Source: Oligoflexales bacterium | Lineage (GTDB): Bacteria > Bdellovibrionota_B > Oligoflexia > Oligoflexales > RGVZ01 | NCBI GenBank assembly: GCA_044236265.1 | Contig: JBIIGV010000002.1 | Coordinates: 1 to 64,000 of the forward strand | Length of the DNA stretch: 64,000 bases | Direction: 5' to 3' | Shown here: positions 20,095 through 30,571 of the stretch, piece after piece | Numbering within the stretch: the stretch's first letter is position 1 | Layout: each line of letters begins with the position of its first letter | Position numbers and translations under genes: made by a program | Notes under the pieces: model-generated | Databases searched by the model: none | The model's input: only the letters and a program-made list of their open reading frames with translations | What the model was told of the DNA's origin: nothing

Positions 20095-22677
20095 TTATCC
20101 TACAAGGACTTTCCGCATTTTTTCCGGGTCAAAATATTTTGCAGCGGCCTGCCTAATAGTGGCAGCGTCCACACTCTCAACGGACTGGGGATATTTCATA
20201 AAGTCATCCCAACCCTGACCGTAAAGTTCCATGAGCGCCATAGTCATTGACTGGGAGCTCGTCCGCTGCAAGCCAATCTCATGACTACCTAAAATATAGG
20301 CCTTTGCCCTGGTAATCTCTTCCTCTGTAGGGCCTTCTGTTGAAATTTTGCGCAACTCCCGCTTCAAACCATCAAGAGCCTGCTCTGTCTTGTCGTGACT
20401 GGTGGCAATGTAGGCCCCAATCATACCGCCAAGCACGCCCTGTGAATGCAGCGGGGAGACAGAGTAGGCTAAACTCTCCTTTTCCCTGAGGGAGCTGAAA
20501 AGCCGACCACCATGTCCACCCATAATGTTGGTCAACACGTCAATCGCTGCCCGGTATGGGTCCCCCCACTTAGGGCCGCTACCAGCCAGAGCAAGGTGCG
20601 CCTGCTCTTGGTTTCGCCTTGGCTTTAACGGCACGCCCAGCAAAGATAGATCTTCTGTAAGCGTAGCTGCAAAATCCCGACGGGATTTTTTTGGTGAAAA
20701 TCCAGCGAATGATTTTGTCATCACTCTTTCGACACGATCAACTGGGACACCACCTGCGATGGCTATGACCCATGGTCCTCGGTCGCGCCACGATTCAAAA
20801 AAGGTCTCTAACTTGGCAGCAGTAAAGTCTTTAACTGTGCGCTCAATGCCAGTCACAGGGAGTGCGTAGGGATGTTTCCCAAACACCTCCTGATGCAATC
20901 TGCGCATACATATCCATGACGCGCTGTCTTGCTGCAGTTTCAAAGATTCCAGTGTTTCCCTTCGATAGGCGTCCCACTGCTCTTCAGGAAACGACGGCTC
21001 AAGAATCGCGTGTGCAAGGCAATCGACCATCTCCTCCACTTGATCTTCAGTGCAATGCATCTCAAAGCCTACGCTGTCTTTGCCACTAAAGCCGCCCAAG
21101 ACAGATCCAAGATCTTCGATACGCCCAGAAAAAATTTCAAATGGCTTTGTCTTTGTTGCAAGACCCAATAGCGTTGCCAAAGCATGGAAAATTCCGGCAC
21201 TCGCCATGTCCTCACCACGAAGGCCTCCCTCAGTCGATGCGGACACACTAAACATTTTTGCACCATCAATATGACGGTAAATAACAGGAACGTCAGAGCC
21301 AACCGTAAATCGATGAACTGAGACGGCAGCATTGGCTGATGCCATCTTTGGCTTGGTCACTGCTTTTTTTTGCCCCTCGGCAACGCCTGCTCTGAATGTT
21401 TCCACCAGCCTCTGCTCGCTCGGAGCATGGGCTTTGTCGCAAAGAACAACAATCAATGCATCGTTGAAGTTCCAGTCTCTGCGCATAGCTGGAGGCAACT
21501 CATCCACCGGACTTTCGTTCAACAAACGCTCATAAACATCTTCAAACTTGTCTTTCATAGTAGTAGCAAGGCCGGACACCAGGGCTCTGGCCACGCCGTC
21601 AACCGTTTCTTCTCTGTGAATTTTTCCAATCCTGGAAGCCGCTCTCGCTCGATCGACTTCCTGCTGAGTTGGTGGTTCTGAACTTGTTACTAGGGACAAC
21701 TCCCGAGCGATTGCAAATGTTGCCGCCTCAAAATTAGAAGGCTCCAACGCAGCACTTACTTCAAATACGCCCTCAAACACCGGCGTATAGGCCGAGGCAC
21801 CAATAGCGTTGACGATTCCCTCTTTTTCTTTGAGCCGGCGCTGGAGCCTTGACACATCGCTTCCACCAAGGACATATGCGGCTAAATCAATTAGGGGACA
21901 GTCTGGTGAGTCCATCGGTGGAGCACCCAGAGCCACGTCCAAACGTGTTTGTTCAAAGTCACCAGTTATGACAATAGCTCGAACGTCGCCACTCTTTGCG
22001 CGGGAAAGACTGCGGTGCCGAGCAGGCCCGCAACTTATTTCTGGCAAATTTGCAGATACGTTCTGACCAAAATATTTTTTTGCATATTTTTGGGCGTCAT
22101 CCTCTGGAAGATTGCCAACAACAACAAGCGACATGTTTTCCGGACGATACCACCGTCGCCAAAACCCAACGAGTGTGTCACGAGAAAAGTGTTTAACCTC
22201 GTCAGAAAAACCAATAACAGGCCGACCAGCCTCTGTGCCTGCATACAGAGTGGAGAAAATCTTTCGCCCCATCTGTGCGCCTGGATCATCATTGCCACGC
22301 TTTATTTCCTCAAGAATTACGTCTCGTTCTCGCGCGAATTCAACCTCGTCAAACGAACTGTGAAAAATCGCGTCCGATAAAATATCAAATCCAAGCTCCG
22401 CCTGAGAGGACGGCATGGTCAGATAAAAAACGGTCTTATCAAAGGTGGTGTAGGCATTAATGTCTCCACCAGCGCCCTCCACGAGCGAGGCGATCTGTCC
22501 AACCCCTCTTCTCTGCGTTCCCTTAAAAAGCATGTGTTCAAGAAAATGGGCAACCCCTCTCTCGTTGGCGCGCTCATCGAGAGATCCAGCCCAAACAATG
22601 CACTGAATCGAGACAACATTGGCCCCCGCTCGCGGGCAGACTACATATTCGAGGCCATTAGCAAAACGATCGCGCAT
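20095..22677 (-). CDS. M16 (pitrilysin/insulinase) zinc peptidase, two-module
   Basis: HFLEHMLFKGT inverted zincin and NAYTT; second module GRLFSSLREKESLAYSV. Confidence 0.92.
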   Translation of the reverse strand: MRDRFANGLEYVVCPRAGANVVSIQCIVWAGSLDERANERGVAHFLEHMLFKGTQRRGVGQIASLVEGAGGDINAYTTFDKTVFYLTMPSSQAELGFDILSDAIFHSSFDEVEFARERDVILEEIKRGNDDPGAQMGRKIFSTLYAGTEAGRPVIGFSDEVKHFSRDTLVGFWRRWYRPENMSLVVVGNLPEDDAQKYAKKYFGQNVSANLPEISCGPARHRSLSRAKSGDVRAIVITGDFEQTRLDVALGAPPMDSPDCPLIDLAAYVLGGSDVSRLQRRLKEKEGIVNAIGASAYTPVFEGVFEVSAALEPSNFEAATFAIARELSLVTSSEPPTQQEVDRARAASRIGKIHREETVDGVARALVSGLATTMKDKFEDVYERLLNESPVDELPPAMRRDWNFNDALIVVLCDKAHAPSEQRLVETFRAGVAEGQKKAVTKPKMASANAAVSVHRFTVGSDVPVIYRHIDGAKMFSVSASTEGGLRGEDMASAGIFHALATLLGLATKTKPFEIFSGRIEDLGSVLGGFSGKDSVGFEMHCTEDQVEEMVDCLAHAILEPSFPEEQWDAYRRETLESLKLQQDSASWICMRRLHQEVFGKHPYALPVTGIERTVKDFTAAKLETFFESWRDRGPWVIAIAGGVPVDRVERVMTKSFAGFSPKKSRRDFAATLTEDLSLLGVPLKPRRNQEQAHLALAGSGPKWGDPYRAAIDVLTNIMGGHGGRLFSSLREKESLAYSVSPLHSQGVLGGMIGAYIATSHDKTEQALDGLKRELRKISTEGPTEEEITRAKAYILGSHEIGLQRTSSQSMTMALMELYGQGWDDFMKYPQSVESVDAATIRQAAAKYFDPEKMRKVLVG

Positions 22678-22710
22678 AATTAAACTTTCTCAAAAAATAT
22701 CGCCAGATCA

Positions 22711-23727
22711 TTACATAGCGATCTCAAGGCCCAATGCTACAGCGTGATGAACGGATTCAACACTTGTATTCGGTCTCATCGCTTGATAGCTGAAATTAAA
22801 TTGCTGATTTACTAAGGACACGCCACCGGCGACTCTTGTTGCCGATTCTTTTCCCGTAACTTCTTGCCCAACAGAGGCAATCAGACGAAGTAAATCGTAG
22901 ACTTTAACCACGGCGCTACCGACTAATAAATTTTCTGGGACACTCTGAGAGTTTTCTGCAGTGCTGGCCATCGATAAACCTGGCGCTGTGCCTTCGTAGA
23001 CACTAACAGACTCGCGACGGCGATAATCTAGATTCAACGTGGCAATGTCTCCGAGAAAAAAACTAGCGCCCGCGCGGTAAAAGGTCGGGGCAGCGAATTG
23101 AATTTTTTTGTTGGCTAGATTTTCGGCCGAAATACCCACGCGCATTGCGCGAGATACCTGAGCAGCCAGACCAAGACCAAGCGTAAAACTCTTCACTGGC
23201 TTTGAATCGTCAGACAAAAGACTGTCTTCTGGTGGGCGTGCTTCCACATAACTTCCTGACGCGCCAAGAAATGCTTTGCCCACGGGCACAGCAAACGCAA
23301 GACTTCCCCTGCGCAGCACAGGTGAATCCATCGAAAGAGAGGTCTCCTCACTCCCCGCTCCTGTTGCCTTGGTGTCGACTAAACCTTGGTATTGATCCAT
23401 GGCACTTGTATAAAGCACACCGGCGGCTATGGAGCTTGTCTTCCCATCTACAACGCCTAGTTGATAGAAGTCCCGACCAGCTACGGGCCAATGATATGAG
23501 GCGTTTACAGAGTACTCACGGTCCATGCCAAGTACTGCCGGATTTGCGCGCACAGCGGAGACACCGCCTAATCCCGTCGCCACGGATCCACCAAAGGCAA
23601 GCGAATGGCCGCCCGTTGACTCATACTCTTCGGGAACCTTCGTGCTAGCTGCCATGGCAAACTTTGCGCCGAAAGCTGTGAGGAAAAAAATAAAACATAT
23701 CGCTCGTCTTGGTCGATATTGAACCAT
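22711..23727 (-). CDS. Putative outer-membrane beta-barrel protein
   Basis: Signal peptide (...FAMA), ANPAVL motif, alternating amphipathic strands and terminal HAVALGLEIAM; GAGG RBS. Confidence 0.6.
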   Translation of the reverse strand: MVQYRPRRAICFIFFLTAFGAKFAMAASTKVPEEYESTGGHSLAFGGSVATGLGGVSAVRANPAVLGMDREYSVNASYHWPVAGRDFYQLGVVDGKTSSIAAGVLYTSAMDQYQGLVDTKATGAGSEETSLSMDSPVLRRGSLAFAVPVGKAFLGASGSYVEARPPEDSLLSDDSKPVKSFTLGLGLAAQVSRAMRVGISAENLANKKIQFAAPTFYRAGASFFLGDIATLNLDYRRRESVSVYEGTAPGLSMASTAENSQSVPENLLVGSAVVKVYDLLRLIASVGQEVTGKESATRVAGGVSLVNQQFNFSYQAMRPNTSVESVHHAVALGLEIAM

Positions 23728-23861
23728 GAGTCACCCCTCTTCTTCCACGCTACGCTTTTGGTCAAAAAACTTTAAAATACAAAGCCGTGCCGCGAACGTC
23801 TTTCAACATTCTAGCAAGATTGACGGTAAGGTTCACCTGACGCGCCGATGAATTAAGACTT

Positions 23862-24221
23862 TTACTCGGACTTAATGCCTGCAGCCTTCGGACTCTGTGA
23901 TTCGATGGCACTTTTCAAAACTTTAATGACAGTGTCGCCCGCAACTTCAACGCTGACAAAGCTGTCCGCGACCGATTTCACACGACCAATGATTCCGCCC
24001 GAGGTAATCACCTCGTCACCAGCCTTAAGACTTGCCAAAAAAGCCTGATGATCCTTAGCCCGGCGTTGCTGTGGTCGAATCATAAAAAAGTACATTATCA
24101 ATAGAAATCCCAATGGCATAACCAGCATCTCTAAAGTTGAAGGCCCCGGTTGACCCTGGGCTTGGGCGGCGGCCGCTGTGCTCATTAGAATCATTGCGAA
24201 AAAAGTTGCTAATCTGGACAT
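23862..24221 (-). CDS. yajC: Preprotein translocase subunit YajC
   Basis: MYFFMIRPQQRR and LKAGDEVITSGGIIG. Confidence 0.95.
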   Translation of the reverse strand: MSRLATFFAMILMSTAAAAQAQGQPGPSTLEMLVMPLGFLLIMYFFMIRPQQRRAKDHQAFLASLKAGDEVITSGGIIGRVKSVADSFVSVEVAGDTVIKVLKSAIESQSPKAAGIKSE

Positions 24222-24421
24222 GGCTGAAATGTTACTCCCAAGGGTGACTAAGTATTTTTAGACCGGGCTCAAAACTACTGATGAGCGGGTGCAAGATCAA
24301 TCCTAATGTGGCATAAAAAGCCTTAACCATAAGATTTTCCGTCCAGGCCAACATGTCTCCACGAAGGCAGGCGGCGGAACTTAATTTGATTAGCAATCAT
24401 TGCGGCGGTTTTATTAATTTC

Positions 24422-26485
24422 ATGATTGATTTAGGCACGTTAAATCCCGAGCAAAGGACCGCAGTCGAGACTATCGACGGCCCGGTCCTTGTGCTTGCGG
24501 GGGCAGGCACAGGCAAGACTAAAGCTATAACCATGCGTATGGCCTACATGATCTCCATGGGCATTGCCCCGGAGGCGATCGCCGCCATGACGTTTACCAA
24601 CAAAGCAGCTCGCGAGATGGCCGAGCGCCTTCGACAGCTGGTCGGTGAAAAAACCGCCTCCAAGGTGAGGCTTGGGACGTTTCATAGCTTTTGTCTTAAT
24701 ATTCTTCGTGAGTTTGGTGACCGCATCGGAATTCCTAAGAAATTTTCTTTAGCAGGAACCGGCGACCAACTTGATTTACTTCGGCGCGCACTTCAAGAAG
24801 AACTCGCACTTGCCGCCGTCAACGTCGAAGCATTGCATGCAGAGATCAGCCGCGCAAAGAACGCCCTGCTTACTCCAGAAGACTTTTCTAAGAGGGCCCT
24901 GCACATCGCCATTGGTGTCGAAGCCGAGCTGATGGTCAAAGCCTACGAACTATACGAAAGACAACTAAAACTAAATCGTATGATCGATTTTGATGACTGT
25001 ATTTTCAAAGCCGTCCAGATTCTTGAACAGTTTCCAGAAGTCAGAGGACAACTGGAAAATCGCTATCGTTATTTTATGGTCGATGAATTCCAGGACACAA
25101 ACGCGGCCCAGCTGAAAATTTTGGAGCTTCTCGGCAGCCGGCACAAAAATGTTTGTGTCGTCGGTGATGATGACCAATCTATTTACAGTTGGCGCGGGGC
25201 TTTATTTGAGACCCTCGAAAAGTTTGAGACCATGTTTCCAGGAACGCGCCTCATCAAGCTCGAGCAGAATTATCGATGTACCAATGTGATTCTTGATGCT
25301 GCCAACGCAGTTATAAAAAATAATACAAAACGAAAAGATAAAACCCTTTGGAGCGCTAATGATGGTTCATGGCCGATCCAAGTTCAAACTTTAGCCTCTG
25401 ATGAGGAAGAGGCGAGATTTATTGCCGACAAATGCATGTCATTTATTGGCGAGGGGTTTAGACCTGCAGACATCGCGGTGTTGTATCGTGCCAACAATCA
25501 GGCGCGCGGCATTGAACTAGCATTAAGGGAAGTAAACATTCCCTACGAAACATTTGGAGGCGGAAGTTTTTTTGAAAGAAAAGAGGTTAAAGATTTTTTA
25601 GCCTACGTTCGCGTACTGGCAAGGCCTCACGACCGTATCGCGTTCTACAGAATTATCAACACTCCTAATCGTGGCATTGGGATCAGATCACTAGAAAAAA
25701 TTGAGGAGCATTCCAATAAAACAAACGAGTCACCATGGTCAGTTGCACGAACCTCTGGTGACAAGTTGGGCTTAACCGGGAAGTCCCAACAAAGTCTTCA
25801 GCAATTTGTTTCTGATATGGAGGAGCTCGCCTCTCAAAACCTAACAACTCCTGAGGACATAGAGTCCCTTGGTCACGAAATCATAAAAAGATTTTCTTTG
25901 GCTCAAGATATCCGAGCGCACACAAAAGACCCGGCCAGCCAAGAACGTAAAATTGATGCACTTAAAAGCCTGCCGAAGTGGCTTCATAGCGCAGCCAAAG
26001 ACGTTTTGAAAGAAACCGGCACGGCCAATATTCATGACCTTCTTGATCGACTGACTTTAAATGATCGTGACATCAGTGACCGCGATGAAAACGGTCGTCC
26101 TAACCGGGTCTCACTCATGACAATCCACGCCTCCAAAGGCCTGGAGTTTCCGGCGGTCTTGGTTTGTGGCCTGGAAGAAGATCTTTTTCCGCACAAAAAC
26201 TCGTCTTCAAACTCCCACGGCGTGATGGAAGAGCGAAGGCTATTTTACGTAGCTTTAACCAGGGCAAAATCGAGACTCACACTTACATGGGCTGCCGAGC
26301 GCGGTGTTGGGACTATGAAATCGTCACGTCTGCCCAGTCGGTTTTTATCTGAACTTCCTTCCGAAGTGTTTCAGTCAAACCAGTCCGCAAGGACCGCCTC
26401 TGAAGAAACGGCGGATCGCCAGAAGAAAACGGTGTCCGCTTTGAAGAATCTTCGAGCAAATCTCAAACCGAACGCGAGAATTTGA
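24422..26485 (+). CDS. UvrD/Rep-family SF1A DNA helicase (Rep-like)
   Basis: LAGAGTGKT, TFTNKAA, VDEFQDTN, VGDDDQSIY, LEQNYR, TIHASKGLEF and EERRLFYVALTRA. No obvious C-terminal Tudor-like tail. Confidence 0.93.
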   Translation: MIDLGTLNPEQRTAVETIDGPVLVLAGAGTGKTKAITMRMAYMISMGIAPEAIAAMTFTNKAAREMAERLRQLVGEKTASKVRLGTFHSFCLNILREFGDRIGIPKKFSLAGTGDQLDLLRRALQEELALAAVNVEALHAEISRAKNALLTPEDFSKRALHIAIGVEAELMVKAYELYERQLKLNRMIDFDDCIFKAVQILEQFPEVRGQLENRYRYFMVDEFQDTNAAQLKILELLGSRHKNVCVVGDDDQSIYSWRGALFETLEKFETMFPGTRLIKLEQNYRCTNVILDAANAVIKNNTKRKDKTLWSANDGSWPIQVQTLASDEEEARFIADKCMSFIGEGFRPADIAVLYRANNQARGIELALREVNIPYETFGGGSFFERKEVKDFLAYVRVLARPHDRIAFYRIINTPNRGIGIRSLEKIEEHSNKTNESPWSVARTSGDKLGLTGKSQQSLQQFVSDMEELASQNLTTPEDIESLGHEIIKRFSLAQDIRAHTKDPASQERKIDALKSLPKWLHSAAKDVLKETGTANIHDLLDRLTLNDRDISDRDENGRPNRVSLMTIHASKGLEFPAVLVCGLEEDLFPHKNSSSNSHGVMEERRLFYVALTRAKSRLTLTWAAERGVGTMKSSRLPSRFLSELPSEVFQSNQSARTASEETADRQKKTVSALKNLRANLKPNARI

Positions 26486-27418
26486 TCAAGCGTCGATGGT
26501 GGTCATAGCTTCATCGTCCATCAACTCGGTCAATGTTCCTTTTTTGCGAACAAATTCTTTAAGATTTTTGAGGATTCTTGCCTCAATCTGACGGGCGCGC
26601 TCTCTTGTAATTCCATACCGGTCGCCAATCTCTTGCAGTGTCAGAGGTTTTTCTGCCATCAACCGCTCATTAAACACGTCGAGATCTCGCCCCTTCAGCG
26701 TGGTGCGAAACTCGATGAGATGCTCTTCAAAAATCTCAAGTAGCTCCGAGTCTGCAAGAACGTCATCGGCCGCCTTTCCAGTACTTTCGACGTCGATCAC
26801 ATCCGCGTGAGTACGATCACTTCCATCCGCAATGGGGGCATCAAAACTGACGTCACGAGCATTTAATCTCTGCTGCATGGCGACAACGTCTTTTTCCTTA
26901 ACGCCCAAGTTTTCTGCCAAAAGTTTTGGATCGACCGTGTCGTATTCGCGCAGAAGTTTTTCAGTTTCTTTTCTCAGATTATAAAAAAGCTTTCTTTGCG
27001 CTGCCGTTGTACCTATGCGAACCGGTCCACGAGTGTCCATCAGGTATTTTAAAATATAAGCTCTGATCCACCAGGCCGCGTAGGACGAAAGTTTAACGCC
27101 CTTATAGGGGTTAAACCTCTTGACCGCTTGCATCAGCCCATAGTTTCCTTCCTGGATGAGATCCAGAGCGGCAGCTGATGCCGTTCGAAAATCATTGGCG
27201 ATTTTAACTACTAGTCTGAGATTGGACGTTATCAGCCGCTGAGCCGCCTCTTTGCTTTGATGTTCAAAGTGAGCCACGGCAAGTTCATATTCTTCCTGTG
27301 GGGACAATAAGGGATAGCGATTAATTTCCCGCATATAGGATTGTAAAGGGGTTGGCCGAGCCGGTAACTGCTCGGTCTTAATGACTAAAGATTTATTATC
27401 GTCCTTACGTTCAACCAC
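26486..27418 (-). CDS. rpoH: RNA polymerase sigma-32 family factor
   Basis: SNLRLVVKIA, DLIQEGNYGLM, RpoH-box-like QRKLFYNLR and region 4 ITRERARQIE. Confidence 0.88.
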   Translation of the reverse strand: MVERKDDNKSLVIKTEQLPARPTPLQSYMREINRYPLLSPQEEYELAVAHFEHQSKEAAQRLITSNLRLVVKIANDFRTASAAALDLIQEGNYGLMQAVKRFNPYKGVKLSSYAAWWIRAYILKYLMDTRGPVRIGTTAAQRKLFYNLRKETEKLLREYDTVDPKLLAENLGVKEKDVVAMQQRLNARDVSFDAPIADGSDRTHADVIDVESTGKAADDVLADSELLEIFEEHLIEFRTTLKGRDLDVFNERLMAEKPLTLQEIGDRYGITRERARQIEARILKNLKEFVRKKGTLTELMDDEAMTTIDA

Positions 27419-27506
27419 GGCTTAAATCAACATTCTCGTTTGGTTATTTGAGCAAACAGACCTATATTACATGTTCTTTCTATCAGGAAGTGGGAGATTC
27501 TGCGAG

Positions 27507-28445
27507 ATGCCCGGCATTGGAATCATCACAAACCCGTTTTCAAAGCTGAATAAAAAGAGCCCTGCACGCGGCCGGCTGTTGGGCTACATCGTTGGCCAGT
27601 TTGGCAATCTAGAAATTACAAACTCCGTTGACGACATTGGGCGCGTGGCGGAGCTATTCAAAACTCAAGACATCGACATCCTGGCTATCAATGGCGGTGA
27701 TGGCACTATCTCTCGCACATTGACCGCATTTATTCGTACTTATGGTGACGCTCCACTTCCAAAGATTTTGATACTTCGCGGAGGTACCATCAACATGCTT
27801 GCGGATAATCTGGGCATCTTTGGAAGCCCGGAGGAAATATTGGTGCGCATGCTCGAATGCCAAAGCGGCCTGCGCCCGAGGGTGATTCAGACCTATGCCA
27901 CCCTATCGGTTGGTGGGCAGTATGGTTTCTTGTTTGGAAATGGCTTTGTGGCCCGTTACTTAGCAGAGTTCTATAAAAACAAGACAGGCCCGGCAGGCTC
28001 CATCTTTTTGATTTTAAAAATCTATTTTAATTGGCTTTTTTCCAAAAGCCGCTATCAGCAAATTGTTCACGATGAGTTCTACCGCATGTCGGTAGATGGC
28101 CATGCTTCCATGGATGAGACCATGAGCCTTGCGATCATGGCTAGCACCGTTGAAAGGATGCCCCTGGGGTTTAAATTTTTTCCCGCCGCAAGAAATAACT
28201 TAGCAAAATTTCAAATGTTTTCTCTTCAGATGACCTCCGGCTCACTTCCCTGGCGGCTCCCATTATCATGCCTTCGAAACCGGCCCGGGACGTTCCTCGG
28301 CAAGGTCACGCGCCTAGCATCGTCCGTCATTTTGGCTACAACATCCGGGCGTCAACTCTACACCCTAGACGGAGAATTGTTTGAGGCTCCTGAGGGACGA
28401 CTTGCGATTGAGGTGGGACCGGTCGTACAATTTGTTGTGGTTTAA
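27507..28445 (+). CDS. Diacylglycerol/lipid kinase (DAGK_cat) family protein
   Basis: NPFS, GGDGTIS, GGTINMLA and LDGE motifs. Confidence 0.8.
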   Translation: MPGIGIITNPFSKLNKKSPARGRLLGYIVGQFGNLEITNSVDDIGRVAELFKTQDIDILAINGGDGTISRTLTAFIRTYGDAPLPKILILRGGTINMLADNLGIFGSPEEILVRMLECQSGLRPRVIQTYATLSVGGQYGFLFGNGFVARYLAEFYKNKTGPAGSIFLILKIYFNWLFSKSRYQQIVHDEFYRMSVDGHASMDETMSLAIMASTVERMPLGFKFFPAARNNLAKFQMFSLQMTSGSLPWRLPLSCLRNRPGTFLGKVTRLASSVILATTSGRQLYTLDGELFEAPEGRLAIEVGPVVQFVVV

Positions 28446-28469
28446 AATATAATTCGACAGGTGATCGTG

Positions 28470-29585
28470 ATGTCTCAAGTTCCTGGACGATTATCCCCCC
28501 CGCCCCCTCAAGCCGTGGCCGACGCCCTCGGTGTTGACCATTTAACTATTGAGTGGCTCGCGGGTGACGGGTCTGACCGTTGTTATTTTCGCGTTCGCTC
28601 TCCAGAGCTCGCTCGAAGTTTTGTGCTCATGCAGCTTTCAGGTAACGATGCGGAAAATTTGAAGAAAGGGCGATACGACTGGGTTACCATATCTAACATA
28701 CTGAAATTAAATGGAATTTCGGCCCCGGCAAGCGCCGCGATTTTGGCTGACCATGCCGCTGTTATAATAGATGACTATGGCGACATGATGCTAGAGACCG
28801 TGGTTCTTGAACTTGCCAAAAAAGGCATTGTTAACAGCAGTTTACCTCTTTATTTAGACTCCCTCAAAACCGTCGCTCGCTTTATTTCGATTGCGGCAAC
28901 CCCTGGCGACATCTGGACGACGCGCTCATTTGACCGCGAGCGTTTTGAGTGGGAGCTCAATTTTTTTGTCAGTAAATATCTTGGCCCCGTAGCCCATTAC
29001 TCTTTGTCGCCGCAAGAGGCTCAAGATTTCTCTAATGATGTTAGGGCGATATCAAGTTATTTGTCCGAGTCATCAAAGTACTTCGTTCACAGAGACTTCC
29101 ACAGCCGCAACATTATGATTCACGAACAGCAAGTTGCGGTTATCGATTTTCAGGATGCGCGCCTGGGCCCACCCTCGTACGACCTGGTCAGCCTAGTCTT
29201 CGACAGTTACGTGCCTCTGAGTCCGGACACGCGGATCAAACTTTTAAACGAGGGTCTTGATCTCATAAAGGCTTCGGCCAGTGACGCAGTATCGGAGCGG
29301 GCTCGGCAAGAATGGAAGCCCATGTTACTTCAGCGGCAACTAAAGGCAATCGGAAGCTTTGGCTACCTAACCATCGATAAAAACAAGGGTGACTACATCA
29401 AAAACGTTGCGCCAGCCCTGCAGACCCTCCTTGATGCTGGAGTTCAAGATGCTCGATGGCCATTTCTTAGTGGTAAGCTTCTCCAGATTCTGGCCAAGAC
29501 TTTACCAGATCGGACCTCTCGCGGGTACGGCGCTAGCAATAAACTCGAGTTGGCGAGGGCATCCTCGTCACCGCGTCAGTCCTAG
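28470..29585 (+). CDS. amgK: Anomeric MurNAc/GlcNAc kinase AmgK-like phosphotransferase
   Basis: LAGDGSDRCYFR, HRDFHSRNIM, IDFQDARLGP and QRQLKAIGSF; adjacent to a nucleotidyltransferase. Confidence 0.8.
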   Translation: MSQVPGRLSPPPPQAVADALGVDHLTIEWLAGDGSDRCYFRVRSPELARSFVLMQLSGNDAENLKKGRYDWVTISNILKLNGISAPASAAILADHAAVIIDDYGDMMLETVVLELAKKGIVNSSLPLYLDSLKTVARFISIAATPGDIWTTRSFDRERFEWELNFFVSKYLGPVAHYSLSPQEAQDFSNDVRAISSYLSESSKYFVHRDFHSRNIMIHEQQVAVIDFQDARLGPPSYDLVSLVFDSYVPLSPDTRIKLLNEGLDLIKASASDAVSERARQEWKPMLLQRQLKAIGSFGYLTIDKNKGDYIKNVAPALQTLLDAGVQDARWPFLSGKLLQILAKTLPDRTSRGYGASNKLELARASSSPRQS

Positions 29586-29596
29586 AAGGGCGCCGC

Positions 29597-30571
29597 TTGA
29601 GCCATAAAGATAGTAAACCATTGAAAGCCCTGGTTCTTTGTGCGGGCCATGGAACAAGGCTAAAGCCTTTAACGGAACTCCTACCAAAGCCATTGGCGAC
29701 CGTTTTAGATGTGCCGCTTGTCGATCTTGCGATCAATCGCTGTGTTGAAGCTGGCGTAACTGACGTTGCCATTAATACTCACCACCTTGCCGACAAAATG
29801 GGGGATCACGTTCAGGCCCGCCACCGCCAACTCGGAGTCTCAAGCCTCCATGTTTCCCATGAAACACCTCAAATTTTGGGGACAGGAGGTGCTTTATCTC
29901 AGGTCGCAGATTGGTGGGGCGATAGCCTCCTACTCGTTTACAATGGCGACATTCTTAGCAATATAAGCTTTGAGCAGTTGATATCCGCTCACCGACAGTC
30001 AAAGGCCATTGTTACGATGGCTGTCACAAGGACCCCGCCCGCCCAAGGGCGCTCGGTGTGGGTGAACTCAGGTGGAATGGTAAAAGCCATCTGTGAAAAG
30101 AAAGACCTTCCGTCATCGCTCAAGGTTAATGATCTTAGCGAGTGCGGCTTTGCCTGTGCTTACGTTGCAGGCCCAGAATTGAGAGCCTATTTGCCGAAAA
30201 AACCTGAGTTTTTCGATGTTATAGTCGCATTTCAAAAGGCTCTGACTGATGGTCATCAAATCAGTGTGACGTTCCATGAGGATATTTGGGCTGACGTCGG
30301 TACGCCCTTGGCCCTGTGGCAAACAAATTTAGACATAGTCCATCTAAGTGAAGCCAGAAGAAAGTCGCTCTTTGGAAAGCTGGCCTCATGGCAGGCTTCA
30401 TGGATAGGCCATGACTTTCAAGTTGATCAAATCTCGGTCGTAAGTAGATCGGCCATCGTTGGTCGGGGGGCGCGCATATCTCAAAGCGTCATTTTGCCGA
30501 ATGCTGCCGTTGCCGCGGGCGAGGTCGTAGAAAGATCCCTTCTAGGGCCAAATTTTAAAATTAAATTTTAG
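29597..30571 (+). CDS. murU: Sugar-1-phosphate nucleotidyltransferase, MurU-like
   Basis: LCAGHGTRLKPLT...PKPL, ILGTGG, YNGD and WADVGTP; downstream of amgK; short C-terminal hexapeptide-like tail. Confidence 0.7.
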   Translation: MSHKDSKPLKALVLCAGHGTRLKPLTELLPKPLATVLDVPLVDLAINRCVEAGVTDVAINTHHLADKMGDHVQARHRQLGVSSLHVSHETPQILGTGGALSQVADWWGDSLLLVYNGDILSNISFEQLISAHRQSKAIVTMAVTRTPPAQGRSVWVNSGGMVKAICEKKDLPSSLKVNDLSECGFACAYVAGPELRAYLPKKPEFFDVIVAFQKALTDGHQISVTFHEDIWADVGTPLALWQTNLDIVHLSEARRKSLFGKLASWQASWIGHDFQVDQISVVSRSAIVGRGARISQSVILPNAAVAAGEVVERSLLGPNFKIKF

